From: a virus
Taxonomy: Duplodnaviria; Caudoviricetes
IMG/VR virus record: IMGVR_UViG_3300012665_000609
Span: 1 to 39,135 of that record
Strand: one strand, 5' to 3'
DNA: 39,135 nt
Positions 16,624-25,341 of this stretch are shown in pieces; the stretch's first letter is position 1; each line of letters opens with the position of its first letter. The notes under the pieces were generated by a model that searched no databases, was not told where the DNA came from, and worked only from the letters and a program-made list of their open reading frames with translations. The translations under genes were made by a program, and so were the position numbers.

Positions 16624-18528
16624 TTAGATTTCACAAACACCAGACACACATGCAAGCATCTGTGTACCTTCGACATTATCTTCCGCTTCAATCAAACTAT
16701 CCCAATCAATATCTTGAGGAGTGATAGCCATCAAAGCATCGTATTGCTCTTTCGTGCAATCTTCATAGGGGGCTTGTCGATACGAGCCACCATCATAGGG
16801 CAAGAAGGACACACCACTCATCTCATCGAAGTGCTCCCACACAAAAGCTCCAACTTCCATCCACTCGTGTTCCTTAACAGAGATGGTGACAGAGGGCTTG
16901 TGCTCACACCAGTGACGCTGGAAGACCAACCACAGACGCAAGTGCTCAATAGCTGTCAGGCCATCACGCAACAAGGCTCCTTCTGGTGCTTTCTTGGGGA
17001 AGGTGAACACCATAGTCTGGTCAGGCTTCATGACACAAGGCTCTGCTTGAACCCCTGCTGCAATTAGGTGTTGCGTAAGAGGGTCTTTAATGTCTGCACG
17101 TACACGACGATAGTAGTAAGAAGCATGACGAGCGTGAATACCAGAAGCACTATCGGTAAGCTGACTAACAGTGCCAGAAGGTTTAACACAAGTAATGGCA
17201 GCCGACTGAGGAATGCCAAGTTGTTCTGCCAAGAGTTGGTTTGTTGCGATACAGACATTCTTAATTTGCTCCAGAAGTACACCAACACCCATATCATTGG
17301 GATTGTTAAGTCGTGCGTTGTCCATGATGCCTGTCATTGATACACCCAACAGACGCTCTTCCTCTGTGTTCTTTTGCCACACCTTACGTAGGTAAGGGAA
17401 GTGGGTCAATGTGCTCTGGAATGTGCCTAAGATTGTGGCTAAACGTGCTTTACGTTTCAAGCTATCAATAGTGTCCTCAGAACGTACAACAATTTCGGAA
17501 AGGTTACAGAACTGATATGGTCGAAGAATAATCTCAGAACATGGGTTAGTTCCGAAATCAAAGTCAGGAGAACGTCTTCCATTTTTCTTTACAATGTTCT
17601 TAGCAGCTTCACGATTAAACACGCCTCGTTCACCACTCTTGCTTTCATACAGGCTAGTCCATTCTTGCATAAAGATGCCCATGTCAGGACGCTCTGTATA
17701 GCAAGCACTGTTGTTAGCCAACGCACGTTGTCCATTCTTCTCCCACCATGCACCACTCTTAGCATGTCGCATACGGTCATCAGACAGATTGGACAAACTA
17801 ATCATAGCACTACGGCGAACACCACCTACGACAACAACCTCACCAATCTTACACATGATGTCATGACACTCAAGGCTATTGAGCTTACGTCCAGCAGCAT
17901 TCTTGAAGATGTTACTGACGAAGGAGAAGAGCTCCTTCAAAGGCTCAGGGCCACTAGCACGTCCACCAAATACCTTCAGACGAGCACCAGCGGGACGCAC
18001 CTTAGATACATCAAACTTAGGAACTTCACCTGAATAGAGTAAGGCAATGCATTGACGCAAAGCTTTAGCCCATCCTTCTTTACTGTCTGCCACTACGATA
18101 GTGGTATCACTATTGAAGAGTTGTTCTGGAATATCAGGAAGCTTTTGTACAAACTGACGTTCAACAGAAAAGCCAACGCCAGTACCACACAGAAGAATAT
18201 ACATAGCCTCATCGAAGGACTTAGGGTCATCCACAGGAAGATAAGAGCAATTGTAACCAGCAGTGTTATCACGTTCCAAAGCCTTTCCAGCAGTCATCAC
18301 GCTACGCATAGAAGGCATAACTTCCATGTTGTAGATGGCATCATAAAGTTCTGCATACAACTTACCGTCCAGATTAAAGCCATGCTCTTTATCCAGATGG
18401 TTTGACATAAAGTCTAAGTATCGAGTTACTGTCTCATCCCAGTTCTCTCGACGTTGTTCATCATCCAAGTAACGAGCATACCGACTCTTGGCAATAAACT
18501 GCTCATAACTTCCCATATAATTACTCAT
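16624..18528 (-). CDS. nrdJ: Class II (adenosylcobalamin-dependent) ribonucleotide reductase
   Basis: YNCSY, VVVGGVRRSAMISL, GTNPCSEI, CNLSE, TCVKPSGTVS and C-terminal ACVSGVCEI. No class I beta subunit in the genome. Confidence 0.88.
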   Translation of the reverse strand: MSNYMGSYEQFIAKSRYARYLDDEQRRENWDETVTRYLDFMSNHLDKEHGFNLDGKLYAELYDAIYNMEVMPSMRSVMTAGKALERDNTAGYNCSYLPVDDPKSFDEAMYILLCGTGVGFSVERQFVQKLPDIPEQLFNSDTTIVVADSKEGWAKALRQCIALLYSGEVPKFDVSKVRPAGARLKVFGGRASGPEPLKELFSFVSNIFKNAAGRKLNSLECHDIMCKIGEVVVVGGVRRSAMISLSNLSDDRMRHAKSGAWWEKNGQRALANNSACYTERPDMGIFMQEWTSLYESKSGERGVFNREAAKNIVKKNGRRSPDFDFGTNPCSEIILRPYQFCNLSEIVVRSEDTIDSLKRKARLATILGTFQSTLTHFPYLRKVWQKNTEEERLLGVSMTGIMDNARLNNPNDMGVGVLLEQIKNVCIATNQLLAEQLGIPQSAAITCVKPSGTVSQLTDSASGIHARHASYYYRRVRADIKDPLTQHLIAAGVQAEPCVMKPDQTMVFTFPKKAPEGALLRDGLTAIEHLRLWLVFQRHWCEHKPSVTISVKEHEWMEVGAFVWEHFDEMSGVSFLPYDGGSYRQAPYEDCTKEQYDALMAITPQDIDWDSLIEAEDNVEGTQMLACVSGVCEI

Positions 18529-18680
18529 TCAAGTTCCTTTTCTATTTTATCAGCTTTATCTTCTATCACATCCATAAACCTATCAACAAGGTCATCACTG
18601 CTTATGTCCAACAGTTCTAATATTGTAACACAATCTTCCCTTCTTAGCAAGTCTGCAATGTCGTACAGGGTGAGGCTCAT
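18525..18680 (-). CDS. Small acidic hypothetical protein, 51 aa (not in the ORF track)
   Basis: MSLTLYDIADLLRREDCVTILELLDISSDDLVDRFMDVIEDKADKIEKELE. ATGA overlaps on both sides. Confidence 0.7.
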   Translation of the reverse strand: MSLTLYDIADLLRREDCVTILELLDISSDDLVDRFMDVIEDKADKIEKELE

Positions 18681-19438
18681 GAGTAAGTCTCTCGTAAGTA
18701 ATTAAGGCTTACAGGCAGCTCATCGAAGCTTCCTTCAACCACCTCATTGAACATCCACACACCAGCCCAAGAGCCATTTGTTTGTGGTGTTAAATAGCCC
18801 TCATCATGTTGGTAGCAGATGCCAGCAAACAAGCCTGTCATGCGCTTACCATCAGCCCTACGAGCATAGGCAATGCCCCTATCCTGTACATGCCCCATGA
18901 CACAGCTCATGTGCTTCTTAGCAAGCATCAACGAAGGCGAGCTGACAGGCCTTCCCATAACACCAGAGGTAAAGTAATGGCAATAAGCAATACCGTCCAG
19001 CACCACAGGCTGAAGAAAATCATAACACTCCCAGCCATAAGAACTGAGTTTAAGGTCGTGATAACCAACGAGCCCATCCAGTTTTCTGTCGCTCTCAATA
19101 GCTCTTTGAATGCGTTCTTCATGGTTTCCAAGTAGAAAGACAAGGCGTGGGTTCCACTGTTTTTCTTTATTTCTTTTAAGACGCTGTTGTTCAGCTTTAA
19201 TCGGAGACAAAAGAAGTTCCATTCCAGTGTGACCTGCTTCAATATCAGCTTGATATGTTCGACCTTCAAAGCTTTTCTTCCCTACATCATAAATTGAAAG
19301 GCTTGGCATATCCCAATGATCGCCAAGGTGGATGATAACATCTGGTTTCTTCTCTGCTGCATACTTGCCAACCCACTCTAGATGTTCAAGAGAAACTCCG
19401 GGCTTGCATTGTGTGTCAGGAATAACTAGATGTCGCAT
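18677..19438 (-). CDS. Calcineurin-like metallophosphoesterase
   Basis: PDTQ, LGDHWD, LGNHE, CHY and MGHVQ motifs. Confidence 0.85.
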   Translation of the reverse strand: MRHLVIPDTQCKPGVSLEHLEWVGKYAAEKKPDVIIHLGDHWDMPSLSIYDVGKKSFEGRTYQADIEAGHTGMELLLSPIKAEQQRLKRNKEKQWNPRLVFLLGNHEERIQRAIESDRKLDGLVGYHDLKLSSYGWECYDFLQPVVLDGIAYCHYFTSGVMGRPVSSPSLMLAKKHMSCVMGHVQDRGIAYARRADGKRMTGLFAGICYQHDEGYLTPQTNGSWAGVWMFNEVVEGSFDELPVSLNYLRETYS

Positions 19439-19719
19439 TAGTCTTTTGCTTTCTTAGTTTTCTTCTTTGGCTTGGCTTGCTCTTGTTGGTATGCAACCAA
19501 GGGGTCTATATAAATCTTATTAAACTCTGCCTCTACATCATAGCCATAGACATTGCTTAAGAAGCGAGCAAAGGCACGAAGTATATCAGGCCATCGTTCA
19601 TCACCATTGAAAGAAGCATACTGTGTTAACACAACATCTGGATATGCACGGTATTCAATGCCATCATAATATCCTTTTTGTTCTACATGAAACATGAAGC
19701 GAGTGTTTTCGTTGTCCAT
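19438..19719 (-). CDS. Hypothetical protein
   Basis: SD AAGGA, TAATG coupling to the next gene, Lys-rich tail. Confidence 0.6.
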   Translation of the reverse strand: MDNENTRFMFHVEQKGYYDGIEYRAYPDVVLTQYASFNGDERWPDILRAFARFLSNVYGYDVEAEFNKIYIDPLVAYQQEQAKPKKKTKKAKD

Positions 19720-19727
19720 ATAAGTCC

Positions 19728-20336
19728 TTAAATGTTTGGGAATTGTTGTTTGATAATCTCACGACACTGCTCAGCAATGAGGCGATGTTCTTTCTGTGTT
19801 GCCTTGTCACAACGAATGTCAATGTAATGAAGCCAGCTACGCAGGGTTCCATTCATATACATTGTACTCTCTGTTAGTCCTTCTGGCAACACCTTACGTG
19901 CTGTCTCTTTTGCTATGCCTCTTTCCAAAGCCAGCTTATACAAAAGAGAAGACTCACGAATCATACGTTCTTGTATATCTTTCCACCAAGTTTGTGTTAT
20001 TACATCATCAGTATCAATGCTATTCTGTCTATTCTTTTCATCTTGAAGACGAGCTTCTGAAGAGATAAATGAATTAGCAACAGCATACCTCTGACTAAAC
20101 TCTTGAAAGCTAAAGCTTCTGTGTCTAAGTATCTGTCTAGCAATGTCACGTGTTGTGACAATTTCCATACATACATTGACCATCTCGAAAGGACTCCAAT
20201 GCTTATTATCTATTAGATATTTAATAAGCTTAGGAGCAGTGGCTGTGTTGTTCTTGTTGTCTGGATTGGACACACGAGCCATCTCTGCAATGAGGGCTTC
20301 ACCATTAGGTGTTGCCCATACAAGCCTAACTCCCAT
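19728..20336 (-). CDS. thyX: Flavin-dependent thymidylate synthase
   Basis: HWSPFE, ARQILRHRSFSFQEFSQRY (RHRx7SxR), ARKVLP, NGTLRSW, TQKEHR. Start re-assigned to ATG 20336. Confidence 0.93.
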   Translation of the reverse strand: MGVRLVWATPNGEALIAEMARVSNPDNKNNTATAPKLIKYLIDNKHWSPFEMVNVCMEIVTTRDIARQILRHRSFSFQEFSQRYAVANSFISSEARLQDEKNRQNSIDTDDVITQTWWKDIQERMIRESSLLYKLALERGIAKETARKVLPEGLTESTMYMNGTLRSWLHYIDIRCDKATQKEHRLIAEQCREIIKQQFPNI

Positions 20337-20505
20337 CCACTGTATCCTCTGGTACTGCCATCTTATTCCCTTGAGCAATGGCTTCTTTCAAGAGAGCCAT
20401 CAAGCCATAACGTAGGAGAGCTTCTTTGCCTTCCTTGTCTGCTTCAAAAGAACAATCGGCTGAGCCATCTTCATTCTCATTAATCATTGTTAATGAAATA
20501 TTCAT
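20326..20505 (-). CDS. Small hypothetical protein, 59 aa (not in the ORF track)
   Basis: MNISLTMINENEDGSADCSFEADKEGKEALLRYGLMALLKEAIAQG... SD AAGGAG, ATGA overlap. Confidence 0.65.
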   Translation of the reverse strand: MNISLTMINENEDGSADCSFEADKEGKEALLRYGLMALLKEAIAQGNKMAVPEDTVDGS

Positions 20506-20804
20506 GTTTCAAAACTCCTTACAACATGCGGTTCATCATAACTACCAATGACAGGGAACACTTCTGCTTTGTTGAGTCGCATCTCAATGCGTTCATCTGC
20601 ATCTTTGAAGGAGCCCACCATGAAGTCTCCTGCTGCCTCTTTAATAACTTCCTTAGCCTCTTCTTTGGTACGTGCTAAGACACACTGAAGGCCACCATAT
20701 TCACTACTTGGAAATGGAACCCAGTAGTTAACAAGGTATATATACCACTGCTCATTTGTGCTTGGCTCTACTTGTTCTGGTTGTATTTTCTTTGGTCTGC
20801 CCAT
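20502..20804 (-). CDS. Conserved phage hypothetical protein with N-terminal GRPKK
   Basis: Start re-assigned to ATG 20804 (SD AAGGA). YLVNYWVPFPSSEYGGL motif. Confidence 0.65.
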   Translation of the reverse strand: MGRPKKIQPEQVEPSTNEQWYIYLVNYWVPFPSSEYGGLQCVLARTKEEAKEVIKEAAGDFMVGSFKDADERIEMRLNKAEVFPVIGSYDEPHVVRSFET

Positions 20805-21222
20805 TCTCTTTCCTTTGTAATTTCTCTGAAGCTGTCTTCTCTGAATGACATGGTTTGCATAGCACCTGTAGGTTTTCTTTCTCACAGAACAACCTAGTGA
20901 TGTATGTCTCCCAATCAACAAAGCCTGTCCTTGGGTCAACAACAGGGAAGATGTGGTCAACCTGTACATCTTTGGCAACGAAGTGTCTTGAGCAGTGAGC
21001 ACAAGAGTAATGCATTGCCATTTTGTTTGTCTTCTTGTTAACCTGTCTGCCAATGTATGCAGCCTTTAAAGCCTTAAACTTTGGGGGCCACCTACGTGTT
21101 GCTGTCCTCAGAGCAGAGACAACAAAGCTTCTAAACCTTGCTGCTGTCCACTCACTGTCATTATACTTTTGTTCTGTACCACTGACAGAGGAGGTTCCCG
21201 AATCCTTCAGTTTCTTTTTCAT
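20752..21222 (-). CDS. HNH endonuclease (Zn-binding)
   Basis: CAHC...VQVDHIFPV...NLQVLCKPCH. Start uncertain. Confidence 0.8.
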   Translation of the reverse strand: MKKKLKDSGTSSVSGTEQKYNDSEWTAARFRSFVVSALRTATRRWPPKFKALKAAYIGRQVNKKTNKMAMHYSCAHCSRHFVAKDVQVDHIFPVVDPRTGFVDWETYITRLFCEKENLQVLCKPCHSEKTASEKLQRKENGQTKENTTRTSRAKHK

Positions 21223-21448
21223 CGTGGCTTGTATCTCCCATTGTAAATCTTATTGCATGTACAAGCTCATGGAAAAATGTAGCTCGTGTTGCTTGCTCAT
21301 TCATGTTGGAACGAAGAAGTATTTCATACTTGCCCGGATCACACATGCCAAAGTCATGAAGCTCATCAACGTAAGTTACATTCCATTCACAACCTCCGAG
21401 CCAGAAACTGGAGGGAACCACATCTGATTTGGGAATCGTCTTAGCCAT
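21161..21448 (-). CDS. Small HExxH metallopeptidase-like protein
   Basis: G.CD...EILL...TFFHELVHAI...DEKETE, an ImmA/IrrE-like zincin pattern. Confidence 0.6.
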   Translation of the reverse strand: MAKTIPKSDVVPSSFWLGGCEWNVTYVDELHDFGMCDPGKYEILLRSNMNEQATRATFFHELVHAIRFTMGDTSHDEKETEGFGNLLCQWYRTKV

Positions 21449-22071
21449 AATAAAAGTCCATTCTCTTTAACTCGTTCTTCGCCCAGAGCCTCCAAGCAAA
21501 CTGCAAGCATCTCGCTTTCTGTCTTGGCTTTGGCAAGCATCTTTGTTGCTTTCACATCCCCCACTCCCTTGATACCCACAATGTTGTCGGCTCTGTCGCC
21601 CATCAACATCTGCTTGTAAAAGAAACGGAGTCCTTGTTCTTCGGAAACAAAGTACTTGTCTTGCTTCACAAAATTGTAATGCCATCCTGCCACCTGATTG
21701 AAGTCTTTGTCTACTGAGACAATGATGCAGTCGTCTTGAAGTTCTGTTGCTCTAATTGCTATTAGGTCATCAGCTTCTTCATCAATGCTCATCGTTGCTC
21801 CCCATGCAGTAACTAGGTAGTTACGTAGCATCTCTAAATGCGCTGGCTTCTCTTGTGTTCTGTTCCCTTTGTAAGGGGCAGTTATCGCTATGTCTTTTCT
21901 ATAGTTGGTCTTCCCTGTAAGGAACACCTCCCAAGATTCAAGACCTAGTTGATTCATAAGGATGTCCTCAAGAAAGTTAGCCATCGTTGTAATGGCTTGG
22001 CTTTCTGAGTCATCCTTACAAGAGAAGGCAATGCGATAGCACATCACATCACCATCTACTAATGCAATCAC
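21376..22071 (-). CDS. 5'-3' exonuclease (T7 gp6 / PolI 5'-nuclease-like)
   Basis: ALVDGD, YKGNR, EADDLI, SVDKDF and GDRADNIVGIKGVG motifs. Confidence 0.9.
   Translation of the reverse strand: MIALVDGDVMCYRIAFSCKDDSESQAITTMANFLEDILMNQLGLESWEVFLTGKTNYRKDIAITAPYKGNRTQEKPAHLEMLRNYLVTAWGATMSIDEEADDLIAIRATELQDDCIIVSVDKDFNQVAGWHYNFVKQDKYFVSEEQGLRFFYKQMLMGDRADNIVGIKGVGDVKATKMLAKAKTESEMLAVCLEALGEERVKENGLLLWLRRFPNQMWFPPVSGSEVVNGM
21808..21825. promoter_or_regulatory. Palindromic box copy inside the exonuclease CDS (AGTAACT-AGGT-AGTTACG)
   Basis: Perfect 16-bp core match to the repeated motif. Confidence 0.5.
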
Positions 22072-22508
22072 AGGACTACTTCTGCTTCTTCTTCTTGAAC
22101 AACAGGAGGAGCAGCCAACTCTTTGATACGCAGAGCAGGGTTATCCTTGCTGTGCAGCAGAGAGGGAGCATTGCCATGCATAGCTGACATCTTATGTGTA
22201 TAGCTACTGATGGTTGCTTCTGCAATAGTGCCATTGCCAATCAGGTCAGGAGGAACAATACCATTCTTATCATCGACAGCCTTGATAGCATAGTTGCTCT
22301 TGACGATGATGTATTTACCACGACCATACTTGTCATCTGCTTTCTCTTTCACCTTTACACCAAGCTCTGATGTAAGGCGTTGTGCAATGGAATCACTCAG
22401 GCCACCGATACAAATCTCAAAGCGATTATTATCTGCATTGAACTCCCGATTTGGGACTTCCATATGCTTAGCCCAGAACAATTTACCCACCACTTTAACT
22501 TGGTTCAT
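22068..22508 (-). CDS. Single-stranded DNA-binding protein (T7 gp2.5-like)
   Basis: Start re-assigned to ATG 22508 (SD AAGGA). GKLFWA, IGNGT.A and an acidic tail (EEEAEVVL). Between the polymerase and exonuclease. Confidence 0.65.
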   Translation of the reverse strand: MNQVKVVGKLFWAKHMEVPNREFNADNNRFEICIGGLSDSIAQRLTSELGVKVKEKADDKYGRGKYIIVKSNYAIKAVDDKNGIVPPDLIGNGTIAEATISSYTHKMSAMHGNAPSLLHSKDNPALRIKELAAPPVVQEEEAEVVL

Positions 22509-22533
22509 CTTTTTTCCTTTGTATAAAAACAAT

Positions 22534-22562
22534 ATTATAACACATTTTTCAATGCGTGTCAC
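22534..22562 (-). promoter_or_regulatory. sigma70 promoter for SSB and downstream genes
   Basis: Minus strand GTGACA - 17 nt - TATAAT, with extended TGn. Confidence 0.7.
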
Positions 22563-24252
22563 GCCATGTCTTACCTATATTAAACTCACCAGATACAGGG
22601 CAACGTAAGCCTAACAAAGTTCCTGCTTTTTCTATGCTCTGCACTGCTAGTTTTCCTACAAGCTCGCCATCTTTTTCTTTTGTTTCAATCTGCCATTCAT
22701 CATGGACATTTGCACAAAAGCCATACCAAATTTTATTCTTCCTAAGCTCTTCATCTAACAAGACAAGAGCCTGTTTCATTACAACTGCGCCAGCTCCTTG
22801 CAATAGGCTATTAACTGCTGAGTGTTCGGAACGTACCCATATTTTTCTACCATCAAGCCCCGGTACAAAACCCTTGCTCGCATACTTGGATACGTTATTT
22901 CGTAAACTCTTGAGTGCGGGAGTGTTGGAAAGAAAACTTTCGATGAGCTTCTGTCCAGCACGAGCATCACCACCGACCACTTTACCAATTTTCTCTGCCC
23001 CTGCACCATAGAGAAAGGCGTAGATGAATGTTTTAGCTTCATCCCTTGTCGATAGACCCGCTGCCTTTTGGTTCTGAGTGTGTACATCAGTGCCATCTTT
23101 TGAACTTCCTTCACAAACAGTTTTGATATAGGCATCATCCTTCATGTAGTGTGCCAGCATTCTAAGCTCAAGACCACTGGCATCAGCACCAACAAGAACA
23201 TTACCCTCATCTACAATCCAAAGCTCACGACAGTCTTCCCCATAAGGACTTCCTTTGTTAGGAACTTGAGCCATGTTTGGAGAACTGTGTGTCATCCTAC
23301 CAGTGACAGCACCATTGGTGATAACACTGCCATGCACACGGCCTGTCTCCTTCACCTCTTCAAGCCAACTACCAATCTGAGCTACACGCTTTTGTAGCAT
23401 GAGGTATTCAGATAAGAGTTTAGCTTCTGGTAGAGCAATGGATGCAAGTACTGTCTCGTCAACAATAACACTACCCTTCTCTGTCTTCTTTGTAAACTTA
23501 ACACCAAGCTTCTCAAGACGCTCAGCAATTTGTTGTCTACTTCCCGGGTTGAATGGAGACACAATGTCTTTCAATGGAGCACCAGTTCGTTTGTTCTTCC
23601 TCCCTGTCTCTACGTATGGAGGGAACACAACTTGCATGGTGTTCTCAATGTCAACCATCTTCCCCTGAAGCATAGCCAACAAGCCCTGAGCTTTCTTGAT
23701 GTCTAGCTTGAAGCCATGCTCCTTCTGCTTCTGAATAATGATTGCAACGTCATGCTCTAGCTTGATGCTTTGTTCAGAGAACTTATCCTTTTCTAGCATC
23801 TTATTAAGCATGTGGTATGTAGCAACTAAAGCAGCAACATCATCCTTACAATATTCATAGAGAAGCTCAAGGTCTGGTTTGTCCCAACGGTAACTAGCTA
23901 GTAACCCTGTCTTGTCTACATAGGCTTGAGCATAGTCAGTTTTCTTTTGCCCTGTCCTGTCCCCCCATGCTGCTAAACTGTGGCCGTTTTCTAAATTTGG
24001 ATTGTATAGCCTTGATAGTATCAATGTATCTATCGCTTTCTTGGCTGGAATCTTCACTCCCCAACACTTCCTCAGCACTCCAGCGTCGAAGCCTATCAAG
24101 TTGTGTCCTATCACTTTGTCTGAGTTTTCTATTAAGGGAAGTAGTGTACTTGCTTCTGTGTGACATACATATCCATCTTCATCATACGTGTAACAGCACC
24201 ATATGTGGTCATGGGTGCTGTTAGTTTCTGTATCTAGAAAGAGCCTCCGCAT
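22549..24252 (-). CDS. Family A DNA polymerase with 3'-5' exonuclease (T7-like)
   Basis: FLDTET, GHNLIGFD and YCKDDV exo motifs; TGRMTHSSPNMAQ, DASGLELR (motif A), RDEAKTFIYAFLYG (motif B), NVHDE (motif C). Confidence 0.95.
   Translation of the reverse strand: MRRLFLDTETNSTHDHIWCCYTYDEDGYVCHTEASTLLPLIENSDKVIGHNLIGFDAGVLRKCWGVKIPAKKAIDTLILSRLYNPNLENGHSLAAWGDRTGQKKTDYAQAYVDKTGLLASYRWDKPDLELLYEYCKDDVAALVATYHMLNKMLEKDKFSEQSIKLEHDVAIIIQKQKEHGFKLDIKKAQGLLAMLQGKMVDIENTMQVVFPPYVETGRKNKRTGAPLKDIVSPFNPGSRQQIAERLEKLGVKFTKKTEKGSVIVDETVLASIALPEAKLLSEYLMLQKRVAQIGSWLEEVKETGRVHGSVITNGAVTGRMTHSSPNMAQVPNKGSPYGEDCRELWIVDEGNVLVGADASGLELRMLAHYMKDDAYIKTVCEGSSKDGTDVHTQNQKAAGLSTRDEAKTFIYAFLYGAGAEKIGKVVGGDARAGQKLIESFLSNTPALKSLRNNVSKYASKGFVPGLDGRKIWVRSEHSAVNSLLQGAGAVVMKQALVLLDEELRKNKIWYGFCANVHDEWQIETKEKDGELVGKLAVQSIEKAGTLLGLRCPVSGEFNIGKTWRDTH
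23889..23906. promoter_or_regulatory. Palindromic box copy inside the polymerase CDS (GGTAACT-AGCT-AGTAACC)
   Basis: One-mismatch copy of the repeated motif. Confidence 0.45.
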
Positions 24253-24261
24253 TTGGTTTCC

Positions 24262-24528
24262 TTATTCATATCCAAGTTCCTTAACCACAAGTGTAGCATA
24301 CCCTGAGATGTCATGCCAACTATCTGCATAGTATGGGTTGCCGTTAAGGATGCGAGCCATCTTATTACAAATCATGTCCATGCTTTCTTGCATAGCTGGT
24401 GACATGTCATGCCAGTTACCACGTGTACGCACAATTTGTTTTAAGTCTTGTGCTGTTCGTGCAACATCTTTGTAGTCACCATAGGTGTCTTGACGTTGTG
24501 CTAATGTACCTTCAATTGTTAATGTCAT
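24262..24528 (-). CDS. DUF6378-like small helical protein
   Basis: TLAQRQDTYGDY...MICNKMARILNG.P...DSWHDISGYATLV. Confidence 0.7.
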   Translation of the reverse strand: MTLTIEGTLAQRQDTYGDYKDVARTAQDLKQIVRTRGNWHDMSPAMQESMDMICNKMARILNGNPYYADSWHDISGYATLVVKELGYE

Positions 24529-24689
24529 TTGTCTTCCTTAATTGTTACTTCTGTCCAAGCTGCTAAATGTACGATGTTTCCACTATCAGTATAACACACA
24601 CTATACATGCCATCAATATGGTCGAAGGTGAGTTCTGAGTCATCTTCAAGAACAATCCTACTGTGTCTTGGAACTTCATATAGTTTCAT
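24525..24689 (-). CDS. Small hypothetical protein, 54 aa (not in the ORF track)
   Basis: MKLYEVPRHSRIVLEDDSELTFDHIDGMYSVCYTDSGNIVHLAAWTEVTIKEDK. SD AAGGAG. Confidence 0.7.
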   Translation of the reverse strand: MKLYEVPRHSRIVLEDDSELTFDHIDGMYSVCYTDSGNIVHLAAWTEVTIKEDK

Positions 24690-24714
24690 ATTTTCTCCTT
24701 GATATATACATCAA

Positions 24715-24861
24715 TTATAGCTTAGCCTCCATATACAAACCAACATTACCAAGGGAATAGCCAATGAAGGCAATGCCAAGTCCTGTCTTTCCTGTCATCA
24801 ACAGATTAACGGCAACAACGAGATAGACAATACCAATTAGTGCAATGAGCCAACTAGCCAT
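24715..24861 (-). CDS. Small two-TM membrane protein (48 aa)
   Basis: MASWLIALIGIVYLVVAVNLLMTGKTGLGIAFIGYSLGNVGLYMEAKL. Confidence 0.6.
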   Translation of the reverse strand: MASWLIALIGIVYLVVAVNLLMTGKTGLGIAFIGYSLGNVGLYMEAKL

Positions 24862-25063
24862 GTTGTTCTTCTTTCTGTGGTTTATAGATTGTGTTAAGTG
24901 TTTCAAAGCTACCATCATCAAACTTGTTTAACACGCTACTGGTACGCACCATATCATTGTCCCATATAGGATGGTCTAAGGCATGTACACGTGCAACTAC
25001 ATGTCCTTTATACATCTTGGAATCAAACACAGCCTCACCAATAAAAGTTACAACAGGCTTCAT
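24854..25063 (-). CDS. Hypothetical protein
   Basis: ATGA-coupled. LDHP...VRTSSV...FETLNTIYKP pattern. Confidence 0.6.
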   Translation of the reverse strand: MKPVVTFIGEAVFDSKMYKGHVVARVHALDHPIWDNDMVRTSSVLNKFDDGSFETLNTIYKPQKEEQHG

Positions 25064-25341
25064 GAATAGGCCTCAGTATATTCCTTAAGGGTTGCCTCCA
25101 CAAAGCCAATGTCTTTGATTGACATCATGTTTGTAATTTCAACACCATTAACAAAGGCTTGCCATGAGAAGCCTCCAGTATAGCCAACACTAGGCTCATC
25201 TGCATCCCATTCAAATTCAATTGTAACATCCTGTGCATCAGGGAATGTTTCATAGAGGCTTTCCTCCATGCATAGGGTAGGGAAGTCACACAGTTCTAAC
25301 AAAAGAGTATCCATATATTTCCTTATCTGTCGTTTTCTCAT
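25060..25341 (-). CDS. Hypothetical protein
   Basis: ATGA-coupled to the helicase stop. Acidic. Confidence 0.55.
   Translation of the reverse strand: MRKRQIRKYMDTLLLELCDFPTLCMEESLYETFPDAQDVTIEFEWDADEPSVGYTGGFSWQAFVNGVEITNMMSIKDIGFVEATLKEYTEAYS

Noticed and set aside
16522-18705. Plus-strand ORFs antisense to the RNR, and similar antisense ORFs across both arms
   Set aside because: No SD or motifs, and they lie opposite well-supported genes with biased codon use.
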